In this document: piece by piece, positions 19,417 through 28,616 of the stretch
How the letters are laid out: every line of letters begins with the position of its first letter
How positions within the stretch are numbered: position 1 is the first letter of the stretch
Position numbers and translations under genes: made by a program
Notes under the pieces: generated by a model
The model's input: only the letters and a program-made list of their open reading frames with translations
Databases searched by the model: none
What the model was told of the DNA's origin: nothing
NCBI GenBank assembly: GCA_965222075.1
Contig: OZ244937.1
Coordinates: forward strand, 3,232,001-3,296,000
From: Candidatus Latescibacterota bacterium
GTDB lineage: Bacteria; Latescibacterota; UBA2968; GCA-2709665
Reading direction: 5' to 3'
DNA length: 64,000 nt

Positions 19417-20535
19417 GTGGAGACGGTTAGGGTCAACCTGGGCAGCCGGAGTTATCCGATTCGGATCGGACACGGGGTTCTGGCGAATTTCGGAGCGGCA
19501 TACGTGGAGCGGGGGCTGGGGAAGTCCGCTGCGATTGTGACGAATCCGACGGTGGCAGCGCATTATCTGGAGCCGGTGCAGAACAGTTTGTCGGCGGCGG
19601 AGGTTAAGGTGGCGGTGGTGACGATGCCCGACGGAGAGGCTTACAAGACGCTGGAGACGGCGGGGACTATTTGCGGCGACCTGATCCGGGCGGGGTTGGA
19701 CCGGGGGTCCTGCATTGTGGCGTTGGGCGGGGGCGTGGTGGGCGATACGGCGGGGTTTGTGGCGGCGACCTACCTGCGGGGGATCGATTTCGTGCAGGCG
19801 CCGACCACGCTGGAGGCGCAGGTGGATGCGAGTGTGGGGGGAAAGACGGCGGTGGACCACCCACTGGGGAAGAATATGATTGGGGCCTTTCACCAGCCCC
19901 GGATGGTGTACATCGATACGGATACGCTGCGCAGCCTGCCCCGGCGGGAGGTGGCCGCAGGGATGACCGAGGTGATCAAGCACGGGCTGATTCGGGACCC
20001 GGGGCTGGTTGCCTTCTTAGAGGAGAAGCTCGAAGCACTTGTGGACCTGAAGGTGGCGCCGGAGGAGATCGACTGGTTGATCGCTCAAAACTGCCGGATC
20101 AAGGCGAGGGTCGTGGAGGCGGACGAGACGGAGGCGGGACTGCGGGAGATTCTGAACTACGGGCATACGGTGGGGCACGCGATTGAGGTGGTGACGGACT
20201 ATCAGGTCTACAAGCACGGGGAGGCGGTGCGTCTGGGGATGCTGGCGGCGGGGAAGGTCGCGCTGGACAAGGGGTTTTGGGGTGAGGCCGATTTCGAGCG
20301 GCAGAACGGGCTGATCCAGCGGCTGGGGGTTCCAGAGGGGGCAGAGAATCTGGATGTGAACAGGCTGCTGGAGCGGATGGAGAGCGACAAAAAGGCCCGG
20401 GGCGGGGTGATCCGGTTCGTGCTGCCCGAAGCGATAGGTCGCGCCGTTTCCTGCGATACGGTAACGCGCTGCGAGATGGGGGCGGGGATTCGCTATATGC
20501 AGCGGTGTTCGGCGGGGGAGGGTCAGAAGCCCTGA
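19417..20535 (+). CDS. aroB: 3-dehydroquinate synthase
   Basis: GEAYK, ALGGGVVGD, PTTL.AQVDASVGGKT, LNYGHT.GHAIE, HGEAV. Confidence 0.97.
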   Translation: METVRVNLGSRSYPIRIGHGVLANFGAAYVERGLGKSAAIVTNPTVAAHYLEPVQNSLSAAEVKVAVVTMPDGEAYKTLETAGTICGDLIRAGLDRGSCIVALGGGVVGDTAGFVAATYLRGIDFVQAPTTLEAQVDASVGGKTAVDHPLGKNMIGAFHQPRMVYIDTDTLRSLPRREVAAGMTEVIKHGLIRDPGLVAFLEEKLEALVDLKVAPEEIDWLIAQNCRIKARVVEADETEAGLREILNYGHTVGHAIEVVTDYQVYKHGEAVRLGMLAAGKVALDKGFWGEADFERQNGLIQRLGVPEGAENLDVNRLLERMESDKKARGGVIRFVLPEAIGRAVSCDTVTRCEMGAGIRYMQRCSAGEGQKP

Positions 20536-20607
20536 CAGATTCGAGGGTCCGCTACGCGTGCATCTCGCTAAATTGGCCTTTCATAAACCGCGATTGCAGG
20601 AGTTGAC

Positions 20608-21855
20608 ATGAGCGAGAGAAAGATCCGGGTAGGGGTTATCGGGGTTGGCCGGGGAAAAAGCTTTATGAAAGGCGCGGGCGAGGCCGTGGGGATGGAGCTT
20701 GTGGCCCTGTGCGATATCTGGGAAGAACGCCTCTTAGAGGTTGGCAAGGACTACGGGGTTACGACCTATACCGACTACAACGCTTTTCTCGAACACGACA
20801 TGGACGCGGTCATACTCGCCAATTATTTCCACGAGCACGCGCCTTTCGCCATCCAGGCCTTAGAGGCGGGCAAACACGTGATGAGCGAGACCGCATCGAA
20901 CACGACTCTGGCCGAAGGGGTGGCCCTCTGCCGGGCCGTGGAGAAGACGGGAAAGACCTACATGCTCGCCGAGAACTATCCGTATACAGTCTTCAACCAG
21001 GAGATGCGTCGGGTGTACCGGGCCGGAGAGATCGGCGAGGTTACCTATGCGGAGGGCGAGTACAACCACCCGATGGCGCCGAAAGACCGGCTGCGTATTT
21101 CACCGGGCATAACACACTGGCGCGCATGGCTGCCCTCGACCTATTACTGCACCCACGCCCTGGCGCCACTGATGTATGTCACCGACACGATGCCGGTGAA
21201 GGTGAACGGGCTGTCGATTGCCTGCCGGGAGGTGGATAAACTGACCGTGCGCGTGGCCGATCCCGGTTCGGTTATCCTCTGCCGCATGGACAACGGGGCG
21301 GTGTTCCGCATCTTCGGCCTGCTGCTGCCGGGACACAGCAACTGGTATCGGGTGCACGGTTCGCGGGGGGCGATGGAGATCGCGCGGGGGCCGGGATATT
21401 TCGGGCCGGGGCAGATCCGGGTGTGGCACGAGGCGTGGGACCTCAAACCGGGCGAAGAAGCAGAGCGGGTCTATACGCCGGACTGGTCCGAGCACGGCGA
21501 CCTGGCCCGCAGGGCCGGCCACGGGGGCGGGGACTTCTGGACCAGCCTCCATTTTGCCAATGCCATCCGTTCGGGAGAGCCGCCGTTCCTGGATGTGTAT
21601 CGCGGGGTGGCGATGTCCTCGGTGGGCATTCTCGCCTGGAAGAGCGCCTTAGAAGACGGAAGGCCGTTTGATATGCCGGACTTCAAAGATGAGGAGGACC
21701 GCAGGGGAGTCGAAAACGACCACTGGTCGCCCTGGCCGCAACACGCCGGCCCGGGCCAGCCGCTCCCCAGTATTTTGGGCAGGGTACGGCCGACGTCTGA
21801 AGGGATCGCCCACGCGCGGAAGGTATGGGAGGAGATCGGGTATAGGGGGGAGTAG
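20608..21855 (+). CDS. Gfo/Idh/MocA family oxidoreductase
   Basis: Rossmann VGVIGVGRG, AGKHVMSE, ENY, EGEY.H, GHGGGD. Confidence 0.88.
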   Translation: MSERKIRVGVIGVGRGKSFMKGAGEAVGMELVALCDIWEERLLEVGKDYGVTTYTDYNAFLEHDMDAVILANYFHEHAPFAIQALEAGKHVMSETASNTTLAEGVALCRAVEKTGKTYMLAENYPYTVFNQEMRRVYRAGEIGEVTYAEGEYNHPMAPKDRLRISPGITHWRAWLPSTYYCTHALAPLMYVTDTMPVKVNGLSIACREVDKLTVRVADPGSVILCRMDNGAVFRIFGLLLPGHSNWYRVHGSRGAMEIARGPGYFGPGQIRVWHEAWDLKPGEEAERVYTPDWSEHGDLARRAGHGGGDFWTSLHFANAIRSGEPPFLDVYRGVAMSSVGILAWKSALEDGRPFDMPDFKDEEDRRGVENDHWSPWPQHAGPGQPLPSILGRVRPTSEGIAHARKVWEEIGYRGE

Positions 21856-21917
21856 TCTCCTGTCGATGGCTGAGTCAGCCCTATAATTTTTTTGACCGAT
21901 GCCGGCTGTCAACATGG

Positions 21918-21942
21918 AGGGGCGGGTTCTAAACCCGCCCCT
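21918..21942. repeat. Family-A-like REP palindrome supplying the lpdA stop codon
   Basis: AGGGGCGGGTT-CTA-AACCCGCCCCT; the loop reads TAG on the minus strand (21929-21931). Confidence 0.7.
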
Positions 21943-23356
21943 GTTTCTTTTTGGGGATGTAGAGGTCGGTTGCCGTGCCGAGGTAGATTTCCGCGGCGAT
22001 GCCGATCGATTCGGAGAGAGAGGGGTGGGGGTGGATGCTTTCAGCGAGGTCCTCGGCCACGGCGGCCATTTCGACGGCGAGCACCCCTTCAGCGATGAGT
22101 TCGCCCGCGTTGAGGCCGACGATGCCCACGCCGAGAATGCGGCCGGTGTCGGGGTCAATGACCAGTTTGGTGAGTCCCTCGGTGCGGCCGAGGGTGGCGG
22201 CACGTCCGGAAGCGGCCCAGGGGAAACGGGCGACTTCGATCCGCCGGTTTTCCTGTTTGGCCCGGGTTTCGGTGAGGCCGCACCAGGCCACTTCGGGGTC
22301 GGTGTAGACGACGGCGGGAATGACTTTGTCGAAGGCGACGGGTTCGGAGGCCAAAACTTCGGCGGCGATTTTGCCTTCGTGTGCGGCTTTGTGGGCCAGT
22401 CCGGGGCCTTCGACCACATCGCCGATGGCGAAGATGCGTTCGTCCTTTGTGCGCATTTGAGAATCGACCGTGATGAACCCCCGTTTGTTTACTTCGACCC
22501 GCGTGTTTTCAAGGCCGAGGGTTTCGCTGTTGGGGCGCCGGCCTACGGAGAGCAGGAGTTTGTCGAAGGTCTGCTGTTTTTTTTCGATCTCGCCTTCGAA
22601 GGTGACGGCGATGCCCTTCTGTGTCTCTTTTAGGGCGGTGACGCTGGTGTTGAGGTGGATGCCCTCACAGATCTTTTTCATCCGGCCGTGCAGGGGTTTA
22701 ACCAGGTCCCGGTCGGTGCCCGGGAGCAGGCCATCGGTGATTTCGACAACAGTGACCCTGCTGCCCAGTTCGGCGTAGACGGTGCTGAGCTCCAGGCCGA
22801 TGATGCCGCCGCCGACGCTCAGGAGGCGTTTGGGGATGTCTCTTAGTTCGAGGGCCGAGGTGGAGTCCAGCAGGCGGGGGCTGTTGATGTCGAATACGGG
22901 GAGGGTACCAGGCCGTGATCCGGTGGCGACGACGGCATGGTTGAATTCGATGTGGGAAAGGGTGTCGCTGCCTTCGATGCGAACGCGCTGCGAGCTTTCA
23001 AAAGCGGCGCGGCCCTGGATACGCGTGACTTTGCGCTTTTTGCAGAGGCCGGAGAGGCCGCTGGATAGGCGGCCGATGATGCCGTCTTTCCAATCCCGCA
23101 TCCTGTCCAGGTCGAGCCTGGGTTTCTGGAAGATGAGGCCCCAGTCTTCCGCCTCCCGGGATTCTGCAATCAGGCCGGCCGCGTGCAGGAGAGCCTTGGA
23201 AGGGATACACCCCCGAAGGAGACAGGTGCCGCCGAGGCGGTCGTCGGCTTCAACAAGCGCGACCTCCATACCCAGGTCGGCGGCCCGAAAGGCTGCGGCA
23301 TATCCGCCGGGGCCGCCACCGATGACGAGGAGGTCGGTTTTGTGGGTGGTGGACAT
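21929..23356 (-). CDS. lpdA: Dihydrolipoyl dehydrogenase (E3)
   Basis: GGGPGGY, GGTCLLRGCIPSK, GGGIIGLE, HPHPSLSE. Confidence 0.96.
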   Translation of the reverse strand: MSTTHKTDLLVIGGGPGGYAAAFRAADLGMEVALVEADDRLGGTCLLRGCIPSKALLHAAGLIAESREAEDWGLIFQKPRLDLDRMRDWKDGIIGRLSSGLSGLCKKRKVTRIQGRAAFESSQRVRIEGSDTLSHIEFNHAVVATGSRPGTLPVFDINSPRLLDSTSALELRDIPKRLLSVGGGIIGLELSTVYAELGSRVTVVEITDGLLPGTDRDLVKPLHGRMKKICEGIHLNTSVTALKETQKGIAVTFEGEIEKKQQTFDKLLLSVGRRPNSETLGLENTRVEVNKRGFITVDSQMRTKDERIFAIGDVVEGPGLAHKAAHEGKIAAEVLASEPVAFDKVIPAVVYTDPEVAWCGLTETRAKQENRRIEVARFPWAASGRAATLGRTEGLTKLVIDPDTGRILGVGIVGLNAGELIAEGVLAVEMAAVAEDLAESIHPHPSLSESIGIAAEIYLGTATDLYIPKKKQGRV

Positions 23357-23383
23357 TGAGAGAGGCTTGATCGGTAATCCTGT

Positions 23384-23411
23384 GTAGGGGCAAAGCATGC
23401 GTCGCCCCTGC
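23384..23411. repeat. Family-A-like GTAG REP between aceF and lpdA
   Basis: GTAGGGGCAAAGCATGCGTCGCCCCTGC. Confidence 0.7.
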
Positions 23412-23426
23412 GGCAGTGGGGTTTGT

Positions 23427-24671
23427 TTATCCTCCCAGCAGCATGCGTCCGGGGTTTTCGAGGGACTCGACCAGGTGTTTGGTGAAGCGGGCGCCGTCTG
23501 CGCCGTCGATGACGCGGTGGTCGTAGGAAAGGCAGATGGGCATGATCAGACGGGGTTCGACCCGCCCGTTGCGGACGACCGGCTCTTGCCGGCTCTGGCT
23601 GATGCCCAGGATGCCGACTTCCGGGAAGTTGATGATGGGGGTGAAGGCGGTGCCGCTGATGCTACCGAGGTTGGTGATGGTGAAGGTGCCGCCCTGCAGT
23701 TCTTCGAGGTCGGCTTTGCCCTGACGCGCGCGCTCGGCGAGTTCGGCGAGTTCGGCGGCGAGTTCGAAGATGTCTTTTCGGTCTACGTCCCGGATGACGG
23801 GGACGAGCAGCCCCCGCTCGGTGTCTACGGCGATGCCGATGTGGTAGTAGCGCTTGAGGATGAGTTCGCCTGCGGCCGAATCGAGGCTGGCGTTGAACCG
23901 GGGGAAGGCCTTCAATGCGGTGATGACGGCTTTGAGGGTGAGGGCAGTGGGGGTGAGTTTCCCGCCCCGGGCTTCGGCTTCGGCCTTGTGCCGCTGCCGG
24001 AAGGCCTCTAAGTCGGTGACGTCGGCACGGTCGAACTGGGTGACGTGGGGGGCCTGGGTCCAGGCGATGCTCAAATTTTCGGCGATTTTTCGGCGGACGG
24101 CGCGGAGGGGCTGCCGATCGACTTCGCCCCATCTGGTGAAGTCAGGCAGGGGGGGTGCCGTTAGAGGCGCACCGGCTGCGGGTCTGTCCGACATCGTTTT
24201 CTGAACGTAGGCCTTGACGTCTTCACGGGTGATCCGCCCCCCTGCGCCGGTGCCTGTGACCCGGTGCAGGTCGATGCCGAGCTCGCGGGCAAACCGCCGG
24301 ACGGACGGGGCGGCCGGTAAGGGGGCTTCGGGCTTCTCCGGTAGAGACGGCGGCGCCGGGGCTTCAGGGGGGGGCGCCTTTTCAGGTTCGGGGGATGGCT
24401 CCGGTTCGGCGAGGGCCGCCGCCGGAACCGCCCCGGTCTCTTCAACGGCAATCAGGACGGTGCCGACGGGCACGCTGTCTCCCTCTTTGACGTTTATCGA
24501 TACGATCTTTCCGGCGAAGGAAGAAGGGACTTCGATGAGCGCCTTGTCGGTTTCCAGCTCAAGGACCGGCTGGTCCACATGGATCTGGTCGCCTTCGGAG
24601 ACGAGTACGCGCGCCACGTCTCCGGATTCGATTCCTTCCCCCAGGTCGGGGAGTTTGAACTCTTTGGCCAC
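23427..24671 (-). CDS. aceF: Dihydrolipoamide acetyltransferase (PDH E2), one lipoyl domain
   Basis: LETDKA lipoyl site, AAPSVRRFARE, YDHRVIDGA; GTG start after GGAGGG. Confidence 0.92.
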   Translation of the reverse strand: MAKEFKLPDLGEGIESGDVARVLVSEGDQIHVDQPVLELETDKALIEVPSSFAGKIVSINVKEGDSVPVGTVLIAVEETGAVPAAALAEPEPSPEPEKAPPPEAPAPPSLPEKPEAPLPAAPSVRRFARELGIDLHRVTGTGAGGRITREDVKAYVQKTMSDRPAAGAPLTAPPLPDFTRWGEVDRQPLRAVRRKIAENLSIAWTQAPHVTQFDRADVTDLEAFRQRHKAEAEARGGKLTPTALTLKAVITALKAFPRFNASLDSAAGELILKRYYHIGIAVDTERGLLVPVIRDVDRKDIFELAAELAELAERARQGKADLEELQGGTFTITNLGSISGTAFTPIINFPEVGILGISQSRQEPVVRNGRVEPRLIMPICLSYDHRVIDGADGARFTKHLVESLENPGRMLLGG

Positions 24672-24772
24672 GTTCCCTCCTCTGTGAAACGTGAAACGTG
24701 CCATCCCACCTCACCACCCAAATCCGGAAGCCACGGTTCCGGAGAAGGGCCGTTTGCCGTTTCACCTATTCC

Positions 24773-27478
24773 TTACTTGTAACTGATGACCGGTCCGGCC
24801 GCCACGGGGTCGACCTTTTCTGGGTCAATGCCGAGGTCCTGAATGGCTTTTTTCACCTGTTCTTTCTCTACTTTGCACTGTTTTGACAGTGCGTAGAGGG
24901 CCCCGACCGCGATCGATTCGGCATCAACCTCGAAGTGCCGGCGCAGGGCCTCCCGGGAGTCGCTCCTGCCAAAGCCGTCGGCACCCAGAGCGTGCAGGTC
25001 TCCCGGTATCCAGGGGCGGATCATATCGGGCAGGGTTTTCATGTAGTCGGACGCGGCCACGATAGGTCCCTCCGCCTTTTCAAGCACTTTAGTAATATAG
25101 GGTTTTCGGGGGCGTCTGGCGGCGGGATGGAGCATGTTCCACCGTTCGACCTCCAGGGCCTCCCGCCGCAGTTCTTTGTAGCTGGTGACGCTCCAGACAT
25201 CGGCCGATACCCTGAACCGATCGGCCAGGATCTCCTGCGCTCGCAGCGCTTCCCGGAGGATGGAGCCGCTGCCAAAGAGTTGTAATTTGAGCTGGCCCTT
25301 TTTCCGTTCACCGGCTTTGAGTTTGTAGATGCCCTTGAGGATGCCTTCGGTTGCGCCTTCGGGCATGGAGGGCATGGCATAAGGCTCGTTTCCGAACGTA
25401 AGGTAGTAGAAGATGTCTTCCTGCTCCCGGTACATCCGCCGGATGCCGTCCTGGACGATGACGGCGATTTCATAGGCGTAGGCGGGATCGTAGGCCAGCA
25501 GGTTGGGGACGGTGCTGGCCAGGACGTGACTGTGCCCGTCTTCGTGCTGCAGCCCCTCGCCGCTGAGGGTGGTTCGCCCGGCCGTGCCCCCCAGCAGGAA
25601 GCCTCTGCAGCGCATGTCGGCGGCGGCCCAGATGAGGTCTCCGATCCGCTGGAATCCGAACATGGAGTAGTAGATGAAGAAGGGGATGGTATTGACGCCG
25701 TGCGTGGCGTAGGCAGTGCCGGCCGCGATGAAGGAAGACATAGCGCCCGCCTCGTTGATCCCCTCTTCCAGGATCTGTCCGTCTCTGGCCTCGCGGTAGT
25801 AGAGGAGGGTATCCGCATCCACCGGTTCGTAGAGCTGGCCGACGTGGGAATAGATGCCGCACTGCCGGAAGAGAGGCTCCATACCGAAGGTCCGGGACTC
25901 GTCGGGGATGATGGGGACGATCCGGCTGCCGATCTCGGGATCCCGCAGGAGTTTGGAGAACATGCGGACGAAGGCCATGGTGGTGGAGACCTCTCGACCG
26001 CCGGTCCCCTTCAGGAACTCATCGAAAGTATCTATCGAAGGGGTCTTCAGGGGTTTGGTGCGTATCTCCCGGATGGGCAGATAACCGCCCAGTTCCTCCC
26101 TCTGCTTTTTCATGTACTGGATTTCCAAGCTGTCTTCCGGAGGGCGGTAGAAGGGGGCCTCGGCTACTTTTTCATCCGAGATGGGGATGCCGAAGCGGGA
26201 GCGGAATTCCCGGAGTTCATCTTCGTTGAGCTTTTTCTGCTGATGGGTCACGTTTCGCCCTTCACCGTGCTCGCCCATGCCGTATCCCTTGACGGTTTTG
26301 GCCAGGATGACGGTGGGCGAGCCCTTGTGTTCCACAGCGGCCCTGTAAGCCGCGTAGACTTTCTCGGGGTCGTGCCCACCGCGCCGGAGTTTGCGGAGCT
26401 GCTCGTCGGAGTAGTGTTCGACTATTTTGAGCAGTTCGGGATGGGTGCCAAAGAAGTCTTTGCGGATGTAGTCCCCCGATTCGACGGTGTATTTCTGGTA
26501 CTGGCCGTCCACCACTTCGTTCATACGCTGCATCAGGATCCCACCGTCGTCCTGGGCCAGGAGGGGGTCCCAGTCGTCACCCCAGATAACTTTGATGGCG
26601 TTCCAGCCGGCCCCCCGGAAGATGGTCTCTAACTCCTGGATGATCTTGCCATTGCCCCGCACCGGGCCGTCCAGCCGCTGCAGGTTGCAGTTGATCACAA
26701 AGATCAGGTTGTCCAGCTTTTCTCTGGCCGCCAGGGTGATGGCCCCCAGGGATTCGGGTTCGTCGGCCTCTCCATCCCCCATAAAGACCCAGACGTGCGA
26801 CCCGGAAGTATCCTTCAGGCTCCGGTCTTCCAGGTAGCGGTTGAACCGCGCCTGGTAGATGCCCATAATCGGGGCCAGGCCCATCGAGACGGTCGGATAC
26901 TCCCAGAAGTCGGGCATAAGCCAGGGGTGGGGGTAGGAGGAGAGTCCGCCAGGGTGTCTCAGTTCCCGCCGGAAGTTCTCAAGGTGTTCCTCATCGATTC
27001 GGCCCTCTAAGAAGGCCCGGGCATAGATCCCCGGGGAGGCGTGCCCCTGGAAGTAGACCTGGTCCCCGGAGAAGCCTTCTTCCTTTCCCCGAAAGAAATG
27101 GCCGAACCCCACCTCCAGCAGGGTGGCCGCAGAGGCGTAGGTGGAGATGTGTCCGCCGATGCCGTCGTACTCCCGGTTGGCCCGAACGACCATGGCCATG
27201 GCGTTCCACCGGATCATGCTTTTGATGCGCCGTTCGATCTCCCGGTTTCCCGGATAGGGGAGCTGCTGTTCGGCCGGAATGGTGTTGATATAGGGCGTGT
27301 TTGCGCTGAAGGGGATCTCCACCCCTGCCCTGTGCGTCCACTCTTCCAGTCTCTCAAGCAGGAAACGGACCCGGTCGGGACCGCGGTGCTCTAAGGCATA
27401 GTCGAGCGATTCTATCCATTCCCAGGTTTCGGCAGGATCGACATCATGCGTTGGTGTTCTGAGTACTTTATCTGACAT
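24773..27478 (-). CDS. aceE: Pyruvate dehydrogenase E1, homodimeric type
   Basis: GGHISTYAS, SSYPHPWLMP, GDGE..EPES, NCNLQRLDGPV, YSMFGFQR. Confidence 0.97.
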   Translation of the reverse strand: MSDKVLRTPTHDVDPAETWEWIESLDYALEHRGPDRVRFLLERLEEWTHRAGVEIPFSANTPYINTIPAEQQLPYPGNREIERRIKSMIRWNAMAMVVRANREYDGIGGHISTYASAATLLEVGFGHFFRGKEEGFSGDQVYFQGHASPGIYARAFLEGRIDEEHLENFRRELRHPGGLSSYPHPWLMPDFWEYPTVSMGLAPIMGIYQARFNRYLEDRSLKDTSGSHVWVFMGDGEADEPESLGAITLAAREKLDNLIFVINCNLQRLDGPVRGNGKIIQELETIFRGAGWNAIKVIWGDDWDPLLAQDDGGILMQRMNEVVDGQYQKYTVESGDYIRKDFFGTHPELLKIVEHYSDEQLRKLRRGGHDPEKVYAAYRAAVEHKGSPTVILAKTVKGYGMGEHGEGRNVTHQQKKLNEDELREFRSRFGIPISDEKVAEAPFYRPPEDSLEIQYMKKQREELGGYLPIREIRTKPLKTPSIDTFDEFLKGTGGREVSTTMAFVRMFSKLLRDPEIGSRIVPIIPDESRTFGMEPLFRQCGIYSHVGQLYEPVDADTLLYYREARDGQILEEGINEAGAMSSFIAAGTAYATHGVNTIPFFIYYSMFGFQRIGDLIWAAADMRCRGFLLGGTAGRTTLSGEGLQHEDGHSHVLASTVPNLLAYDPAYAYEIAVIVQDGIRRMYREQEDIFYYLTFGNEPYAMPSMPEGATEGILKGIYKLKAGERKKGQLKLQLFGSGSILREALRAQEILADRFRVSADVWSVTSYKELRREALEVERWNMLHPAARRPRKPYITKVLEKAEGPIVAASDYMKTLPDMIRPWIPGDLHALGADGFGRSDSREALRRHFEVDAESIAVGALYALSKQCKVEKEQVKKAIQDLGIDPEKVDPVAAGPVISYK

Positions 27479-27605
27479 GGAACGCTCTCTTTTTAAATTG
27501 AATATTGCCAGAGTTGAATAATGGACGATTCACTCAGATCGTCTCCCCACCCTGGTTCAAACAAGGGTGTATGCCTGCAACGTAGAATGGTTGTAACAAT
27601 CTCTC

Positions 27606-27634
27606 AATTTACCAGTAGATGAGCAAAATGTCAA
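27606..27634 (-). promoter_or_regulatory. Sigma70-type promoter of aceE-aceF-lpdA
   Basis: Minus strand TTGACA, 17 bp, TAAATT. Confidence 0.65.
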
Positions 27635-27654
27635 CCGTACGTAGAGCATCAGAT

Positions 27655-27691
27655 AAAAAAGGCCCCCGGGGGATGCTATTCCCAGGGGCCT
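27655..27691 (-). terminator. Intrinsic terminator after the oxidoreductase remnant
   Basis: Minus strand AGGCCCCTGGG...CCCGGGGGCC hairpin followed by T6. Confidence 0.75.
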
Positions 27692-27716
27692 GAAGGTAAG
27701 AGAATTACGTTCGCAA

Positions 27717-28126
27717 TTAGATGATGCCGGCCATCTCCTGCAGCATGCGCCAGTTTTCCAACCGGTCTTCCTGCGCCGCCAGCAGCGTCTCCGAGGTGTT
27801 GCCCTCAGCGTCGAAATGCTTGGCAAACCGGCCCTCGGTGCGGGCGAAGTAGATAAAGTCGATCGTCTCGCCCGTTTTGCGGATGGTGTACCAGTCGTCT
27901 TTTACCGCCGGGTTGCCCTTTAGGCTGAGCCGGTCTTTGATGCGGGGGCCCTCACGCGGGTCGTAGATGAAGATGGGGAACGCCCGGGATTCCATTGCGA
28001 GTTTGGCTGGCTGATGTGTTTTTCGACCCAGATGACGGCATCGCCGCCGTCGCCCACGTCCGGGATGCCCGGAAACGGGAACTCAACTGCCTGTTCGGAT
28101 ACAAGCGATTGGACAGCTTGTGCCAT
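27717..28126 (-). pseudogene. Internally deleted pyruvate/2-oxoacid:ferredoxin oxidoreductase
   Basis: RBS + MAQ...FPGIPDVGDGGDAVIWVEKHISQ (N-terminus-like) joined out of frame to AKLAMESRAFPIFIYDPR...QEDRLENWRMLQEMAGII (C-terminus-like). Confidence 0.7.
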
Positions 28127-28616
28127 CCTGCCTCTCCTTATCTTATGGAAACACGGCGGATCTGGGCCTGTGCAGGCTGAGGCTTGCAGATCCGGAGTGA
28201 CCGAATGCGAAACAGATCCAATAGTAGGGTGTCACATTTTTCGACAGCATAAAATAAGTTTCACTAAAACATTGAATTAACAACAACTATAATATAGGAG
28301 AAATCGTTCTCTTCCGCAAGTGATTTAAAGCCCGGGCAGACAGGAGGCCTCCGCAGAACCATCGCACGCAAGGGCAGGAGCCCAGGGAGCAGATGGCGGC
28401 ACAAAATCCAACGGTTTCGAATTTCGCTTGCGTCCCGCCACGGCACCTGCCATATTTAGTCTTATGAGATCACGTCGAATATTTCAGGAGATTGACGATG
28501 CCCAAACTGCGGTATAGCGACGGAGGCCCTGCTCAAGCTGGCCGGAGCGTCCTACAATCCGGCCACCCTGCACGAACCGCCTCGCGGCCGGAGCCAGACC
28601 AAGGAATTCGAGGTTG

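Noticed and set aside
27588-27600. TGGTTGTAACAAT as a GntR/PdhR-like operator at the aceE promoter
   Set aside because: Imperfect palindrome, single instance, and no regulator gene nearby.
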